A stretch of 64,000 nucleotides of DNA from an uncultured Gammaproteobacteria bacterium (GCA_964588435.1 CAZPPI010000002.1:3542-67541), one strand, 5' to 3'. Counted from the stretch's first letter, positions 20,048-31,803 are shown. Translations and numbers: made by a program. The notes: generated by a model not told the origin, from the sequence alone.

Positions 20048-23000
20048 ATGCTAAATCCGATAAAAACCAGTGATTTTGAGGCAATTAAACTCAAACTGGC
20101 TAGCCCTGAAGACATTTTGTCTTGGTCGCACGGTGAAATCATTCGTCCAGAAACGATAAATTATCGCACCCAAAAACCAGAAAAGGATGGCTTGTTTTGT
20201 GAAAAAATATTTGGACCAACTAAGGACTGGGAATGTGCTTGTGGTAAATATAAAAAAATTCGTTATAAAGGAATTGTTTGTGATAAATGTGGAGTTGAGG
20301 TAACAAGGAGCGTTGTTCGTCGCGAACGTTTGGGCCACATTACCTTACAAATTCCAGCAACTCATATTTGGTTTTTAAGAGGTTTGTCTTCGAAGATTGG
20401 TTTGCTTTTAAATATTGGCGTTCAATCTTTAGAAAAGGTTATTTATTATGCTAGTTTTATTGTTACTGATGTTGACGAGAGCTTAAAAGAGGCAACAATC
20501 GAACAAATTAAATCTGAATATAAAGCTAAGATTAAAAGTATTGAGAATGATTTTAAAAACCGTTTAAAGAGTTTAATTGAAGGTGATGAAAAAAATGTTG
20601 GACTTGATGAAAAGGCTTTATTAATTGAAAAAGAAGAGAAACTTGCTAGCTTAGAAGAAGATTTTATTCAAGTGCAAAAAGATTTAAAAGATTTGCGTCC
20701 ACTTTTAATTTTATCAGAAAGTGATTACCAGAGTTTAAGCATGAAATTTGGTCATATCTTTGAAGCTTCTATTGGAGCGGAAGCGATTAGAGGCTTATTG
20801 GCTAAAATTGATTTGAAATCAAGTATTGATAAATTAGAAGAAAAATTAAAAGAAGCAAATGAAGTTAAAAAAGAAAAATTAGTTAAACGATTAAAATTAC
20901 TTAAGAGTTTTTATAATAATAATATTCGTCCAGAGTGGATGATTATGACAATTGTTCCGGTTATTCCACCCGATTTAAGACCAATGGTTGCTCTTGATGG
21001 TGGTCGTTTTGCTGCTTCTGATTTAAATGATTTATATCGTCGTATTATTAATCGTAATAATCGTTTAAAACAATTAATCGAACTTAATGCGCCGGAAGTT
21101 ATTTGTCGTAATGAAAAAAGAATGCTTCAAGAAGCGGTTGATGCTTTAATTGATAATAGCGCTCGGCACACTAAAACGGTCGTTGCTTCAACTGGACAAA
21201 AAAGACAATTAAAATCTTTGGCTGATACTTTAAAGGGTAAGCAGGGTCGTTTCCGTCAAAACTTGTTAGGTAAGCGAGTTGATTATTCCGGTCGTTCGGT
21301 AATTGTTGTTAATCCAAAATTAAATTTAGATCAATGTGGTTTACCAAAAATTATGGCCCTAGAATTGTTTAAACCTTTTATTATTTCTCAATTAATTAAA
21401 CGCGAGATTGTTCATAACGTTCGTAGTGCTTCTCGTTATATTGAGGCAGGACATGATGATGTTTTTGATATTTTAGAAGAGGTTGTTCGTGAAGCTTTTG
21501 TTTTATTAAATCGCGCTCCGACTTTACATCGTTTGGGTATTCAGGCTTTTAGACCAGTTTTAATTGAGGGTAAGGCGATCCAGATTCATCCTCTTGTTTG
21601 TACTGCTTTTAATGCTGACTTCGATGGTGATCAGATGGCTGTTCATGTTCCTTTAACTAAGGAGGCAAGAGCTGAAGCTAGAGATTTAATGCTTTCAAGT
21701 CATAATCTACTAAAGCCAGCCACTGGTGAACCGATTGTTGCTCCGGGACAAGATATTGTTTGGGGTATTTATTATATTACTTTTGTCGAAGATAATTACG
21801 CCACTAAAATTAAAGAGAAAGCTAAACATTTTTATGATTTTGAAGAAGCAAAGTTAGCTTATGACAATAATAAAATTGATTTACATGAAGCAATTTTTGT
21901 TAAGGTGAATGATGAATTAATGAAAACAACTATTGGTCGCTTAATCTTTAATGAATTATTGCCAGAAAAATTAAGATTTATTAATGAGGTTGTTGGTAAG
22001 GGAAAAATTAGAGATTTAATTCGTGAATGTTTACGTGTTTATGGTGAAGAAGAAACGGTTAGATTTATTGATGGCTTAAAAAAGAGTAGTCTTAAATATA
22101 TTACTAAATCTGGTTTGTCTTGGGGCTTTGGTGATTTACCGAGCTTTAAAGAAAAGGATATTTTAATCAAAAAGACTAATGAAAGTGTAGAAATTATTAA
22201 TGAGCAATACGAGGAAGGGCTTTTAACTGATAGTGAAAGATATTCTAAAGTTATTCAAGAGTGGACTAAGACTAAGGATACGATTGCCGAAATTTGTAAA
22301 AAAGGTTTAACCGGAATTCTTCCAGTTTATTCTATGATTGATTCTGGCGCTCGTGGTTCTTGGGCTCAACCGGTTCAGATTTTAGGTATGAAAGGTTTAG
22401 TAACCTCGCCTTCAGGTGCAATTTTAGAGTTACCAGTTAAAGGAAACTTTAAAGAAGGTTTTGGTGTGCTTGAATATTTTATTTCAACCCATGGTGTGCG
22501 TAAAGGTTTGTCTGATACGGCCTTAAGAACAGCTAATGCTGGTTATTTAACTCGTCGTTTAGTTGATGTTTCTCAGGATGTGATTGTCTCAAAAGATGAT
22601 TGCGGCGATAAAGAAGGGATGATTTTAAATCGAACTCAAATTGAGAAAGATGGTGAAGACTTCTTCCGCAAAATTAGCGGTCGCTATTTAGCGATTGATG
22701 CTGTTAATAATAAGGGCAAGGTTATCTTGACTGCTGGAGAGATAATTGATGAAGAAAATTTAGAGATACTTAAAAAATCTGAAGTAGAGGAAGTCGTTGT
22801 TCGCTCAATTTTAAGTTGTAAGATGCATAAAGGAATTTGTGCTAAATGTTATGGTTGGGATTTAGCTTATAATAAGCCTGTAAAAATTGGAGCAACTGTT
22901 GGTGTTATTGCCGCTCAATCTATTGGTGAACCAGGAACCCAGCTTACTATGAGAACTTTCCACTCCGGAGGTGTAGCTAGTGGCGACGATATTACTCAGG

Positions 23001-23980
23001 GTTTACCGAGGGTAGAAGAAATTTTTGAAGCTAGAAGCCCGAAGAAGAAAGCTTTAATGGCCGATGTTGATGCTAAAGTTTCTGTTGAATTCGGCAAGAA
23101 AGCTATTAGAGATAAGAATAATAAAGAAATCATTGTTGATAATCCTCAGGTTAAAGTTTTAAGTCTCAAATTTAGTGGCAATGAACAAGATAAATATTAT
23201 TTTTCTGAAAAGGTTAATGAGCTTAAATTGGCTGGCGGCTTAACTGCCAAGGATACCAAAAAATTAGAAGTTAAAGTTTTAGTTAAAGATGGTGCGATTG
23301 TTTCTAAAAATACAGAATTATTCAAAGTTGGTTCCGAGGTTGTTAAATCAAAATCAAGTGGTAAAGCCGAGATTAGCGCTAAATATGTTTCAGTTGAACA
23401 CGAGGTCGAAAAGGTTAAAGAATTTTCAATTTTAAAGGGAACAATGTTAATGGTTAAAGATGGGGACCTTGTTAAAAGGGGGGATCAATTAACTGAAGGT
23501 AGTTTAGATTTACGTGAACTTTATAAACTAAAGGGTCAACTTGAAACTCAGAAATATATTATTTCTGAAATTCAATACGTTTACTCTTCTCAAGGTCAGC
23601 CTTTGAATGATAAGCATATCGAAATTATTGCCAGACAGATGTTCTCTCGTTTTTTAATTAAGGAATCAGGTGAAACTAGTTTATTACCAGGAGAAGTCGT
23701 TGAAGAAGAGGTTTTGGAAAGATCTAATAAGGGGATGAAGAAGAAATCTCAGGGTGAAAGATTATTGATGGGTATTACTAAAGCTTCCTTATCAACCGAT
23801 AGTTTCTTATCAGCCGCATCTTTCCAAGAAACTTCTCGTGTTTTAATTGATGCCGCGGTTAGTGGTAAGATTGATTATCTTGAGGGCTTGAAAGAGAATG
23901 TTATTATCGGTTGTTTAATCCCAGCCGGAACTGGCTATAAAGGTAAGAAAGCTAGAGCTGATTATAGTGAGAGTGAATAA
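20048..23980 (+). CDS. rpoC: RNA polymerase beta' subunit
   Basis: Zn ribbon, [25 protein letters not shown]. Confidence 0.99.
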   Translation: MLNPIKTSDFEAIKLKLASPEDILSWSHGEIIRPETINYRTQKPEKDGLFCEKIFGPTKDWECACGKYKKIRYKGIVCDKCGVEVTRSVVRRERLGHITLQIPATHIWFLRGLSSKIGLLLNIGVQSLEKVIYYASFIVTDVDESLKEATIEQIKSEYKAKIKSIENDFKNRLKSLIEGDEKNVGLDEKALLIEKEEKLASLEEDFIQVQKDLKDLRPLLILSESDYQSLSMKFGHIFEASIGAEAIRGLLAKIDLKSSIDKLEEKLKEANEVKKEKLVKRLKLLKSFYNNNIRPEWMIMTIVPVIPPDLRPMVALDGGRFAASDLNDLYRRIINRNNRLKQLIELNAPEVICRNEKRMLQEAVDALIDNSARHTKTVVASTGQKRQLKSLADTLKGKQGRFRQNLLGKRVDYSGRSVIVVNPKLNLDQCGLPKIMALELFKPFIISQLIKREIVHNVRSASRYIEAGHDDVFDILEEVVREAFVLLNRAPTLHRLGIQAFRPVLIEGKAIQIHPLVCTAFNADFDGDQMAVHVPLTKEARAEARDLMLSSHNLLKPATGEPIVAPGQDIVWGIYYITFVEDNYATKIKEKAKHFYDFEEAKLAYDNNKIDLHEAIFVKVNDELMKTTIGRLIFNELLPEKLRFINEVVGKGKIRDLIRECLRVYGEEETVRFIDGLKKSSLKYITKSGLSWGFGDLPSFKEKDILIKKTNESVEIINEQYEEGLLTDSERYSKVIQEWTKTKDTIAEICKKGLTGILPVYSMIDSGARGSWAQPVQILGMKGLVTSPSGAILELPVKGNFKEGFGVLEYFISTHGVRKGLSDTALRTANAGYLTRRLVDVSQDVIVSKDDCGDKEGMILNRTQIEKDGEDFFRKISGRYLAIDAVNNKGKVILTAGEIIDEENLEILKKSEVEEVVVRSILSCKMHKGICAKCYGWDLAYNKPVKIGATVGVIAAQSIGEPGTQLTMRTFHSGGVASGDDITQGLPRVEEIFEARSPKKKALMADVDAKVSVEFGKKAIRDKNNKEIIVDNPQVKVLSLKFSGNEQDKYYFSEKVNELKLAGGLTAKDTKKLEVKVLVKDGAIVSKNTELFKVGSEVVKSKSSGKAEISAKYVSVEHEVEKVKEFSILKGTMLMVKDGDLVKRGDQLTEGSLDLRELYKLKGQLETQKYIISEIQYVYSSQGQPLNDKHIEIIARQMFSRFLIKESGETSLLPGEVVEEEVLERSNKGMKKKSQGERLLMGITKASLSTDSFLSAASFQETSRVLIDAAVSGKIDYLEGLKENVIIGCLIPAGTGYKGKKARADYSESE

Positions 23981-24030
23981 TGGTGAAGGCATCTTCTTGT
24001 TGTTAAAATAGATAAAAGATTATTATAAAA

Positions 24031-24061
24031 AGATGAGCCCTGTTTTTGGGGCTCATTTTTT
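24031..24061 (+). terminator. rpoBC intrinsic terminator
   Basis: ATGAGCCC...GGGCTCAT stem followed by a T-run. Confidence 0.8.
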
Positions 24062-24101
24062 AGTTGAAAATCTTAGCAAAATAAGCTAATATTAATAAGT
24101 A

Positions 24102-25652
24102 ATGAAAATAACTAAATTAAAAAATTGGCCGTTTCATTTGAAGCTCCGACTTGTTTTTGGGGTGTTTTTGTTAGTTATCTTAGTAGTTATTTTTTGCCTT
24201 AAAATTGTGCCTGATGGCAAAACTTTCTATAAAAAAACCTGGTCTAATAGTTTTTTTTCGGCTCGCGGGACTCTACTTGATTTTAGACCGGGGATTCGTT
24301 TTGATTCTAAGACTAAGGATTATTTAAAGATTATTGCTGAACCGATTTATTTTAACTTTTACGCCCCTCGTTCTTTTTCTAAAGCAAAAATAACAATTAA
24401 ATATTTTGATAATTTATCAAAGGAAACGCCAATAATTGAACTGGGCTTATTAAAAGGAGGACTTAATGGTAATTATGAACTTAAACCTCTTCAAAATAAA
24501 ATTATTGATGAATTAAAATTTTCTTGGGCTAAAATTGTTGATGACGGCGAAACTTTAATTTTACAAAGAGAAAAAATTTATGATAATGAACTTGAATTTC
24601 TCGCGGATTTATCTGTTGGTAAATTAAGAAACTGTGCTGGTGGTCCTTTAAGTTGTGCTGTTTTTTACAATTATAGTTATGACTATAATTACAAAGCTCC
24701 GCTTAATAATTTAAATCATTCATTAAAAATAAATCAAGCTCTTCGCGGTGAGCACCAATTTTTTAGTTATTTTAATCAAGGGAAATGGTTCTTGGATTTT
24801 AATTTTCGCGATTTAAATTTAAGTAGCGGTCAAGAAGTAGTACGAGTTGATATTTATTTAGCGGACAAATTAATTGAGAGTCAAAGCTTAAACGGACTTG
24901 ATTTAGCCCCTAGCAACGAAGGTTTTAATAATGCCAAGCCCCAGGGTGAAACTATTGGGGAACTTCGTTTTGCTGGTCTAGCCGAAGAAGGGGCTTTATA
25001 TAAAGTTGAAATTAAAGCCAGTAATGATATTGTCATTGAAAATATAGAGAGTTCTTCCAACCAAATCGTTTTTATTAATAAACTTTGGCCAGTTTATAGC
25101 GATGGTTTAAAAATTTCTACTGACGCTAATTTTTTATCAGTTAAAACTTTTGAAACCGAGTCATTAGGCCCCCTTTTTCTTAATGACGAAAAATTTGAGT
25201 TAGACACAACTTATAATAGCTTATTACTTGAAGTTAAAAATAAGGCTAGATACTTAAATGAACTAAGTCTTGAAAAAAGTGGGGTTTTAGTTGAGTTAAA
25301 TGGCTTTATTGCTTTAGCGGAAACTAAGTTTTTTAAACCTCTTCCTCAAAAAATGGACAGATTTTTTTCTAAAGACGGGGGAGCTTCTTATCTTTTGAGT
25401 AATTACAATTCCCCTAAAAAAGAGAAAGATTATAAAGTTACTAGTCTTGAATTTGATTTAGACTCGGCTTATTTAGAGGATAATTATTATTCCTTTGTTA
25501 TTTCTGTTCCTGGTCTAGAATTGTCTCAAAATTTTAACGATGAAGGATTGCCAATAGAATCTGAAAGTTATTTAGGAATTAAAGAAATTAAAATCGAAGT
25601 TGAGGGCAGAAGTTTAAGCGAAAAAATTAAAGAAGTAGTTCGAGGTCTATGA
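24102..25652 (+). CDS. membrane-anchored hypothetical protein
   Basis: 516 aa with an N-terminal TM and a beta-rich extracellular region. Preceded by TTGAAA-N17-TAATAT (24064-24092). Confidence 0.75.
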   Translation: MKITKLKNWPFHLKLRLVFGVFLLVILVVIFCLKIVPDGKTFYKKTWSNSFFSARGTLLDFRPGIRFDSKTKDYLKIIAEPIYFNFYAPRSFSKAKITIKYFDNLSKETPIIELGLLKGGLNGNYELKPLQNKIIDELKFSWAKIVDDGETLILQREKIYDNELEFLADLSVGKLRNCAGGPLSCAVFYNYSYDYNYKAPLNNLNHSLKINQALRGEHQFFSYFNQGKWFLDFNFRDLNLSSGQEVVRVDIYLADKLIESQSLNGLDLAPSNEGFNNAKPQGETIGELRFAGLAEEGALYKVEIKASNDIVIENIESSSNQIVFINKLWPVYSDGLKISTDANFLSVKTFETESLGPLFLNDEKFELDTTYNSLLLEVKNKARYLNELSLEKSGVLVELNGFIALAETKFFKPLPQKMDRFFSKDGGASYLLSNYNSPKKEKDYKVTSLEFDLDSAYLEDNYYSFVISVPGLELSQNFNDEGLPIESESYLGIKEIKIEVEGRSLSEKIKEVVRGL

Positions 25653-25855
25653 AGAAAATAACTGAAAGACAAAAAGAGATACTGAAAATTGTTGTGCAGG
25701 AATTTTTTTATTTTCTTAGTGTTTTAGTTGCCGCTTTTTTTGTTCTTGATATTATTTTTCGGGGGTTAATTACAGCTTACTTAAATTTAAACCTCCTTTT
25801 TCTCCTTTGGATAATAATAGCTTTAATTGATTTGCGGTTTAATAAGAAAAAATAA
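25649..25855 (+). CDS. small two-TM membrane protein
   Basis: 68 aa; ATGA overlap with the upstream gene. Confidence 0.7.
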   Translation: MKKITERQKEILKIVVQEFFYFLSVLVAAFFVLDIIFRGLITAYLNLNLLFLLWIIIALIDLRFNKKK

Positions 25856-25856
25856 A

Positions 25857-27503
25857 ATGATAAAAGATATTTTTAAAAAACAAATAAATAGTATCACGGT
25901 TGCCGCTGCTTTAGTAGCGATATCTTCTTTAGCCTCTCGTCTTTTAGGAGTTTTACGTGATCGTATTTTAGGTGGTAAATTTGGCGCTGGGCAAGAACTT
26001 GATATTTATTTTGCCGCTTTTAAAATTCCCGATCTTATTTATGGCTTAATTGTTTTAGGGGCATTATCGGCGGGCTTTATTCCTGTTTTTACTAAGTTAA
26101 TTAAGGATTATAAATGTGACAAAAAAAATCCGGCTGAAGTTTATGAAGTAAATAAAGAAGCTTGGCTTTTATCAAGTAATGTTTTAACAATTTTGTTTTT
26201 TGCGCTCGCACTACTGTCTATTTTAGGTTTTATTTTTGCTCCCTTTTTAACAAAACTTGTTGCTCCTGGCTTTAATTTGACCGATCAAGCTTTAACGGCA
26301 AAACTAACTAAAATAATGTTTTTATCCCCAATACTTTTAGGTATATCCGGGATTTTTGGGGGCATGCTTCAATCATTTAAACGTTTCTTAGTTTATTCAT
26401 TGGCGCCAATTTTTTATAATTTGGGTATTATTTTTGGAGCAGTTTATTTAGTTGATATTTATGGACAGATCGGTTTAGCTTGGGGAGTTGTTTTAGGCGC
26501 CTTGCTTCATTTATTAATTCAAATTCCTACGATTTATAGTCTTGGTTTTCGTTATTCTTTTCGTTTTTCTTTAAAAGATAAGAATGTTTTAGAAATCTTT
26601 AGAGTTATGGTTCCGCGAATGATGAGTCTCGCAATTTCCCAGGTTAATTTATTAGTTATTACTGCTCTTGCTTCTGGTTTAGCAAGCGGCTCTTTAACTG
26701 TCTTTAATTTAGCGAATAATTTACAATCTTTTCCAGTAGGAATTTTTGGTATTTCTTTTGCTGTTGCCGCTTTTCCACTTTTATCGGCGACAGCCTTTAA
26801 TAAAGAAGTGCTTGCTAAAAACTTTTCTCAAGCTTTTCGACAGATTTTATTTTTTATTGTTCCGGCTACAGTTTTGATGATAATTTTACGAGCACAAATT
26901 GTTAGAATTGTTTTTGGGACGGGAAACTTTAGTTGGCAAGATACTATTTTAACCATGAATACCTTAGCTTTTTTCTCAATGAGTTTATTTGCTCAAGCGA
27001 CGATTCCTCTTTTAGTCAGAGTTTTTTATGCAAGACATAATTCCAAAACCCCTTTTTATTTAGGGTTAATTACAGTTTTTGTTAATATTATTTTATCTCT
27101 TTTCTTCGCTAAAACCATGGGTGTTACTGGTTTAGCTTTAGCTTTTTCGCTCTCAAGTATTTTAAATTTTTTACTATTATTTTTTTGGTTATATCTTGAA
27201 ACGGGAGCGATTAAATTTCAAGAAATTGTTTTTTCTGTGGCTAAGTTTAGCATTGCGGCAATTTTGGCCGGACTCGGAGCTCAAGCGACAAAGTATTTAG
27301 TTTGGCCTTATATTGATATGACAAGATTTAGCGGCGTTTTTATTCAACTTATTTCAGCTGCTATTGTCGGCACTTTAATTTATGCTCTTATTTGTTATCT
27401 TTTGCGTAGTGTTGAATTGTTAGATTTTATTGAATCTTTGAAGCGACGTTTTCCTTTTAGAAAGGTTAAAATTAGTGATCAGGGAGAGGCGCGTGGTCTT
27501 TGA
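25857..27503 (+). CDS. murJ: lipid II flippase MurJ (MviN)
   Basis: SRLLGVLRD, AAFKIPDL, SAGFIPVF and many TM segments. Start moved to MIKD. Confidence 0.95.
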   Translation: MIKDIFKKQINSITVAAALVAISSLASRLLGVLRDRILGGKFGAGQELDIYFAAFKIPDLIYGLIVLGALSAGFIPVFTKLIKDYKCDKKNPAEVYEVNKEAWLLSSNVLTILFFALALLSILGFIFAPFLTKLVAPGFNLTDQALTAKLTKIMFLSPILLGISGIFGGMLQSFKRFLVYSLAPIFYNLGIIFGAVYLVDIYGQIGLAWGVVLGALLHLLIQIPTIYSLGFRYSFRFSLKDKNVLEIFRVMVPRMMSLAISQVNLLVITALASGLASGSLTVFNLANNLQSFPVGIFGISFAVAAFPLLSATAFNKEVLAKNFSQAFRQILFFIVPATVLMIILRAQIVRIVFGTGNFSWQDTILTMNTLAFFSMSLFAQATIPLLVRVFYARHNSKTPFYLGLITVFVNIILSLFFAKTMGVTGLALAFSLSSILNFLLLFFWLYLETGAIKFQEIVFSVAKFSIAAILAGLGAQATKYLVWPYIDMTRFSGVFIQLISAAIVGTLIYALICYLLRSVELLDFIESLKRRFPFRKVKISDQGEARGL

Positions 27504-27577
27504 TTTAATAGTTTTTCGGGCTTGACCACAAGACTAGCTTATGGAAGAATAGAGGAATAGATGATAAATATAAAATT

Positions 27578-29398
27578 ATGAAAGATATAGTTAAAATTAG
27601 AAATTTCTCAATTATTGCTCATATTGATCACGGGAAATCAACTTTGGCTGATAGGATGTTAGAAATAACAGGAACAGTTGATAAACGAAAAATGAAAGAT
27701 CAAATTCTTGATGGCATGGATATTGAAAGAGAAAGAGGAATTACCATTAAATTACAACCAGCAACTATGGAATATCAAGGATTTCGTTTGAATTTAATTG
27801 ATACTCCGGGTCACGTTGATTTTTCTTATGAAGTTTCTCGTTCTTTAGCGGCAGTAGAAACAGCCGTTCTTTTAGTTGATGCTAGTCAAGGGATTCAAGC
27901 CCAGACTCTAGCTAATTTATATCTTGCTTTAGCTCAAGATTTGATAATTATTCCGGTTATTAATAAGATAGATTTGCCGGCTGCCGATATTCCGAAAGCA
28001 AAAAGAGAAATTATTGACTTACTTGGCTGCAAAGAGGAGGAAATAATTTGTGCTTCTGGAAAAACCGGCGCTGGAGTTGAAGAAATTCTACAGAGAGTTA
28101 TTAGTTTTGGTGAACCACCAAAAGATTTAATTAAAGACAATGAAACTACTCCTCGGGCCTTAATTTTTGATTCAAAATACGACGCCTATCGTGGTGTTGT
28201 TGCTTATATTCGAGTCTTTAACGGTCAAATCAAAAAAGGTGATAAAATAAAACTGCTTTTCACTAAAGCGGAGAGCGAAGTTTTAGATTGTGGTTTTTTT
28301 AAACCTGATTATTTCTCAACTGGCGTGATTGATTCGGGAGAAATCGGCTATGTTATTACCGGCTTCAAACAGGTTGGTGATTGTCGTGTTGGTGATACGC
28401 TCTCTGCCGGGCAAGGCTCTTCTTTTAGCGCTAATGTTAATCCTTTGCCTGGCTATGAAGAAGTTCGTCCGATGGTTTATGCGGGAATTTTTCCTCGTGA
28501 AGGCAATGATTTTAAAGATTTACGCGATGCGATGGAAAAATTAAAATTAAATGATGCTTCATTATCTTATGAACCAGAGCGATCTGATGCTCTTGGTCTT
28601 GGTTTTCGTTGTGGTTTTCTAGGACTACTCCACCTCGAAGTTTTCCAAGAACGGCTAAGACGAGAGTATGGACTTGATTTAATTGTTACAGTTCCGAGTG
28701 TTGCCTATCAAGTAATAAAATCTGATGGTGAAGAGATAGTAGTTAGAACCCCACAAAGATTGCCGGAACCAAATCAGATTAGTAAGATTTTAGAACCTTG
28801 GGTTAGACTTGATATCGTTGTCCCAAAAAATTACATGGGTAATGTTATTAAACTTACTCAGGAAAAAAAAGGATTTTATCGTAATACTGAATATTTATCT
28901 TCTGAGGGTGAAAGTAGTCGTGTTTTACTTCATTATGAGATGCCTTTATCGGCTATTTTAACTGACTTCTATGATAAATTAAAAAGTGTTTCGGCTGGTT
29001 ATGCCTCGATTAATTATGATTATTTAGATTATCGTGAGGCCGATGTTGTTAAGCTTGACATTTTAGTGGCTGATGATATTGTTGAGTCTTTAGCAACCAT
29101 TATTTATCGTGATGATGCTTATCGTGAGGGTCGGGCGGTAGTAGAAATTTTAAAAGATAGTCTGCCTCGTCAAATGTTTGCTGTCAAAATCCAGGCTTCT
29201 ATTGGGGCGAAGGTTATTGCCGCCGAAAGAATTCCAGCGATGAGAAAAGATGTGACCGCTAAACTTTATGGCGGTGATGTTAGTCGCAAGCGCAAACTGT
29301 TAGAAAAACAAAAAAAGGGAAAAAAGAAAATGATGGCGGCTGGTAAAGGTAGCGTTGAAATTCCCTCTGATACTTTTGTTAAAATTTTAAAAAGATAA
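27578..29398 (+). CDS. lepA: elongation factor 4
   Basis: AHIDHGKSTLADR, DTPGHVDF, GFRCGFLGLLH, KLLEKQKKGKK. Confidence 0.98.
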   Translation: MKDIVKIRNFSIIAHIDHGKSTLADRMLEITGTVDKRKMKDQILDGMDIERERGITIKLQPATMEYQGFRLNLIDTPGHVDFSYEVSRSLAAVETAVLLVDASQGIQAQTLANLYLALAQDLIIIPVINKIDLPAADIPKAKREIIDLLGCKEEEIICASGKTGAGVEEILQRVISFGEPPKDLIKDNETTPRALIFDSKYDAYRGVVAYIRVFNGQIKKGDKIKLLFTKAESEVLDCGFFKPDYFSTGVIDSGEIGYVITGFKQVGDCRVGDTLSAGQGSSFSANVNPLPGYEEVRPMVYAGIFPREGNDFKDLRDAMEKLKLNDASLSYEPERSDALGLGFRCGFLGLLHLEVFQERLRREYGLDLIVTVPSVAYQVIKSDGEEIVVRTPQRLPEPNQISKILEPWVRLDIVVPKNYMGNVIKLTQEKKGFYRNTEYLSSEGESSRVLLHYEMPLSAILTDFYDKLKSVSAGYASINYDYLDYREADVVKLDILVADDIVESLATIIYRDDAYREGRAVVEILKDSLPRQMFAVKIQASIGAKVIAAERIPAMRKDVTAKLYGGDVSRKRKLLEKQKKGKKKMMAAGKGSVEIPSDTFVKILKR

Positions 29399-29407
29399 AA
29401 TACTAAT

Positions 29408-29503
29408 ATGAAAAAGAAAAAGGCGATGAAAATCTTTTGGCTCCTTGTTTCAATTATGGTGATTTTTTCCATGGTTGCCTGGACTTCGATGGTTGGATTT
29501 TAA
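29408..29503 (+). CDS. 31-aa single-TM small protein
   Basis: MKKKKAMKIFWLLVSIMVIFSMVAWTSMVGF*. Fills the lepA-recJ gap with 9 and 13 nt spacers; below the ORF-track cutoff. Confidence 0.7.
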   Translation: MKKKKAMKIFWLLVSIMVIFSMVAWTSMVGF

Positions 29504-29516
29504 ATAAAATATTTAC

Positions 29517-31349
29517 ATGAAAATTTGGCAATTAGAATCTTCTGCTCCAGAAAAATTATTTCAGGATAATCAAAATCTTGATCCGGTCCTTTTGCAATTG
29601 CTTTATAATCGAGGCTTAACTACGGCCCTAGAAATTAAAGAATTTATTTCCGGAGAGCTACGAGAAGATTTAAAACTTGGTTTAAACAAAGGTGAGAAAG
29701 GGGATTTTTATAACCCTTTTTTATTTCGTGATATGACGGCAGTAGTTGATTTAATTATTACTCATATTAAAGCTGGCAATAAAATTGTGGTTTATGGCGA
29801 CTATGATGCTGATGGTGTTACTTCCTCAGTTATCTTACTTGAAACTCTAAAAACTTTAAAAGCTGAGGTAGAAATTTACTTACCAGATAGAGTTTCTGAA
29901 GGTTATGGCTTGAATAAAGCCGCTCTCAAAGTTATTGCTGAACAAGGGTTTAAACTTTTAATTACCGTTGATAATGGAATTAGAAATAAAGCAGAAGCTG
30001 ATTATGCTAAAGAATTAGGGCTTGATATTGTTATTACCGATCACCATGTTTTACCAGAAAAAGAAGAGGATTATCCAACCTGTTTATTTATTGATCCAGC
30101 TGATACCCGGGAAAAATATCCGTTTAAAGTTTTAGCTGGTGTTGGGGTCGCTTTTAAGTTAATTAGCGCCCTCCTTTATAAATCAAATTTAGAGCCAAAA
30201 CAAAAAAAACTAATTAGTGATAAAGCTTTAGATTTAGTTGCGGTTGGCACGGTTGCTGATATGGTTAGCTTGCTTGGTGAAAATCGTTTGTTAGTTAAAA
30301 AGGGCCTAGAAGTTTTAAATAAAAAGAAACGTCTTGGTTTAAATAAATTAATGGAAGTTGCTAATATTAATAGTGATAAAAAACTTGAAGCTTGGAATAT
30401 TGGTTGGCAAATTGGTCCGCGTCTTAATGCTGCTAGTCGCTTAGCTCATGCTAATAGCGCTTTCGCGCTTTTAACAACCACCGATGAAGATGAGGCGTCT
30501 GAATTAGCTGAAGAATTAAATCAAAGAAATATTAGTCGTCAAAAAATTACTGAAGAAATTAGTGCTCAGGTTGAAGAACAAATTGATAGAAATAACTTAC
30601 CAAAAATAATTATTGGCATCGCTGCCGAAGGCCAGATTTGGAATGAGGGAGTTATTGGTTTAGTGGCGGGGCGAATTGCCGATAAATATTATCGCCCAAC
30701 TCTTATCATTACTCGCCTAATTGAAGATTTCGAATTTAATGCTAAGTTGAACAAAGTTATACCAAAAAAATTAAACTTTAAAGGATCTGGTCGTTCGATT
30801 GAGGGCTTTAATTTAATTGAAGCTATTGAAGCTAGCTCTGAACATGTTGATAAATATGGTGGGCATCCGATGGCCTGTGGTTTTTCTGTTAAAGATGAAG
30901 AAAAATTATTAAAATTTAAAGAAAAACTTGAAGAGCTTGCTTCTAATTTAAGTGAAAAAGATTTAATCCCTAAATTAACAATTGAAGCAGAGCTTGATTT
31001 CTCTGAAATTAATTTAGAACTCTTAGAAAAAATTGAACAACTCGCTCCTTTCGGTCAGCATAATCAACAGCCCCGCTTTGTCTCTTATCAATTGAAAATA
31101 AATGATATTAATTTGATGGGTTTTGAAAATCAGCACATCAAACTTCGTTTAATATCTTCTGATAATTCAAGTTTAAGAAATCATTCTTTTTCCGCTCTAT
31201 CATTTGGTGACGCTAAAAAATATGAGACCTTGAAAGTTGGCGATATTATCGATTTAGTTTATTATTTAGATATCAATGATTTTAATGGCAGAAGAGAGCC
31301 TCAGTTAAAAATTATTGATCTTAAACTAAGTGAAATTAGTAATGATTAA
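29517..31349 (+). CDS. recJ: ssDNA exonuclease RecJ
   Basis: GDYDADG, TVDNG, TDHH, GPRLNA, GSGRS, GGHPMA. Confidence 0.96.
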   Translation: MKIWQLESSAPEKLFQDNQNLDPVLLQLLYNRGLTTALEIKEFISGELREDLKLGLNKGEKGDFYNPFLFRDMTAVVDLIITHIKAGNKIVVYGDYDADGVTSSVILLETLKTLKAEVEIYLPDRVSEGYGLNKAALKVIAEQGFKLLITVDNGIRNKAEADYAKELGLDIVITDHHVLPEKEEDYPTCLFIDPADTREKYPFKVLAGVGVAFKLISALLYKSNLEPKQKKLISDKALDLVAVGTVADMVSLLGENRLLVKKGLEVLNKKKRLGLNKLMEVANINSDKKLEAWNIGWQIGPRLNAASRLAHANSAFALLTTTDEDEASELAEELNQRNISRQKITEEISAQVEEQIDRNNLPKIIIGIAAEGQIWNEGVIGLVAGRIADKYYRPTLIITRLIEDFEFNAKLNKVIPKKLNFKGSGRSIEGFNLIEAIEASSEHVDKYGGHPMACGFSVKDEEKLLKFKEKLEELASNLSEKDLIPKLTIEAELDFSEINLELLEKIEQLAPFGQHNQQPRFVSYQLKINDINLMGFENQHIKLRLISSDNSSLRNHSFSALSFGDAKKYETLKVGDIIDLVYYLDINDFNGRREPQLKIIDLKLSEISND

Positions 31350-31359
31350 AATATTTTCT

Positions 31360-31764
31360 ATGCAAAAGATTATTATTTATAGTGATGGTGGCGCTCGTGG
31401 TAATCCAGGGCCAGCCGGAATTGGCGCGGTTTTATATGATGAACATAAAAATCTATTAGCAGAAATTTCAAGTTATCTTGGGGTTGCCACTAATAATCAG
31501 GCCGAGTATAAAGCTTTAATTGCCGCCTTGAAAAAAGCCAAAGAGCTGGGCGCTAAAGAGATTGATTGTTTTTTAGATAGCGAATTGGTTGTTAAGCAAT
31601 TGAGACGAGAATATAAAGTTAAAAATGCTGAGCTCGCTCCATTATTTTTAGAAATTCATAATCTTTCTTTAAGTTTCCAGAAAATAAATTATAACCATAT
31701 TCGTCGAGAGCTAAATAAAGAAGCCGATCGTTTAGCTAATGAAGCGATGGATAGGGGTTTATAA
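31360..31764 (+). CDS. rnhA: ribonuclease HI
   Basis: DGGARGNPGPAG, TNNQAEY, DSELVV, NKEADRLAN. Start uncertain (31330-31360). Confidence 0.93.
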   Translation: MQKIIIYSDGGARGNPGPAGIGAVLYDEHKNLLAEISSYLGVATNNQAEYKALIAALKKAKELGAKEIDCFLDSELVVKQLRREYKVKNAELAPLFLEIHNLSLSFQKINYNHIRRELNKEADRLANEAMDRGL

Positions 31765-31803
31765 CTGATTGGAATAATTGATTTTATTTTTTTGAATCAA
31801 TCT

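Noticed and set aside
16631-23980. Inteins or introns in rpoB/rpoC (also polA, leuS)
   Set aside because: ORFs are continuous, and no intein C/HN termini or LAGLIDADG motifs were seen.
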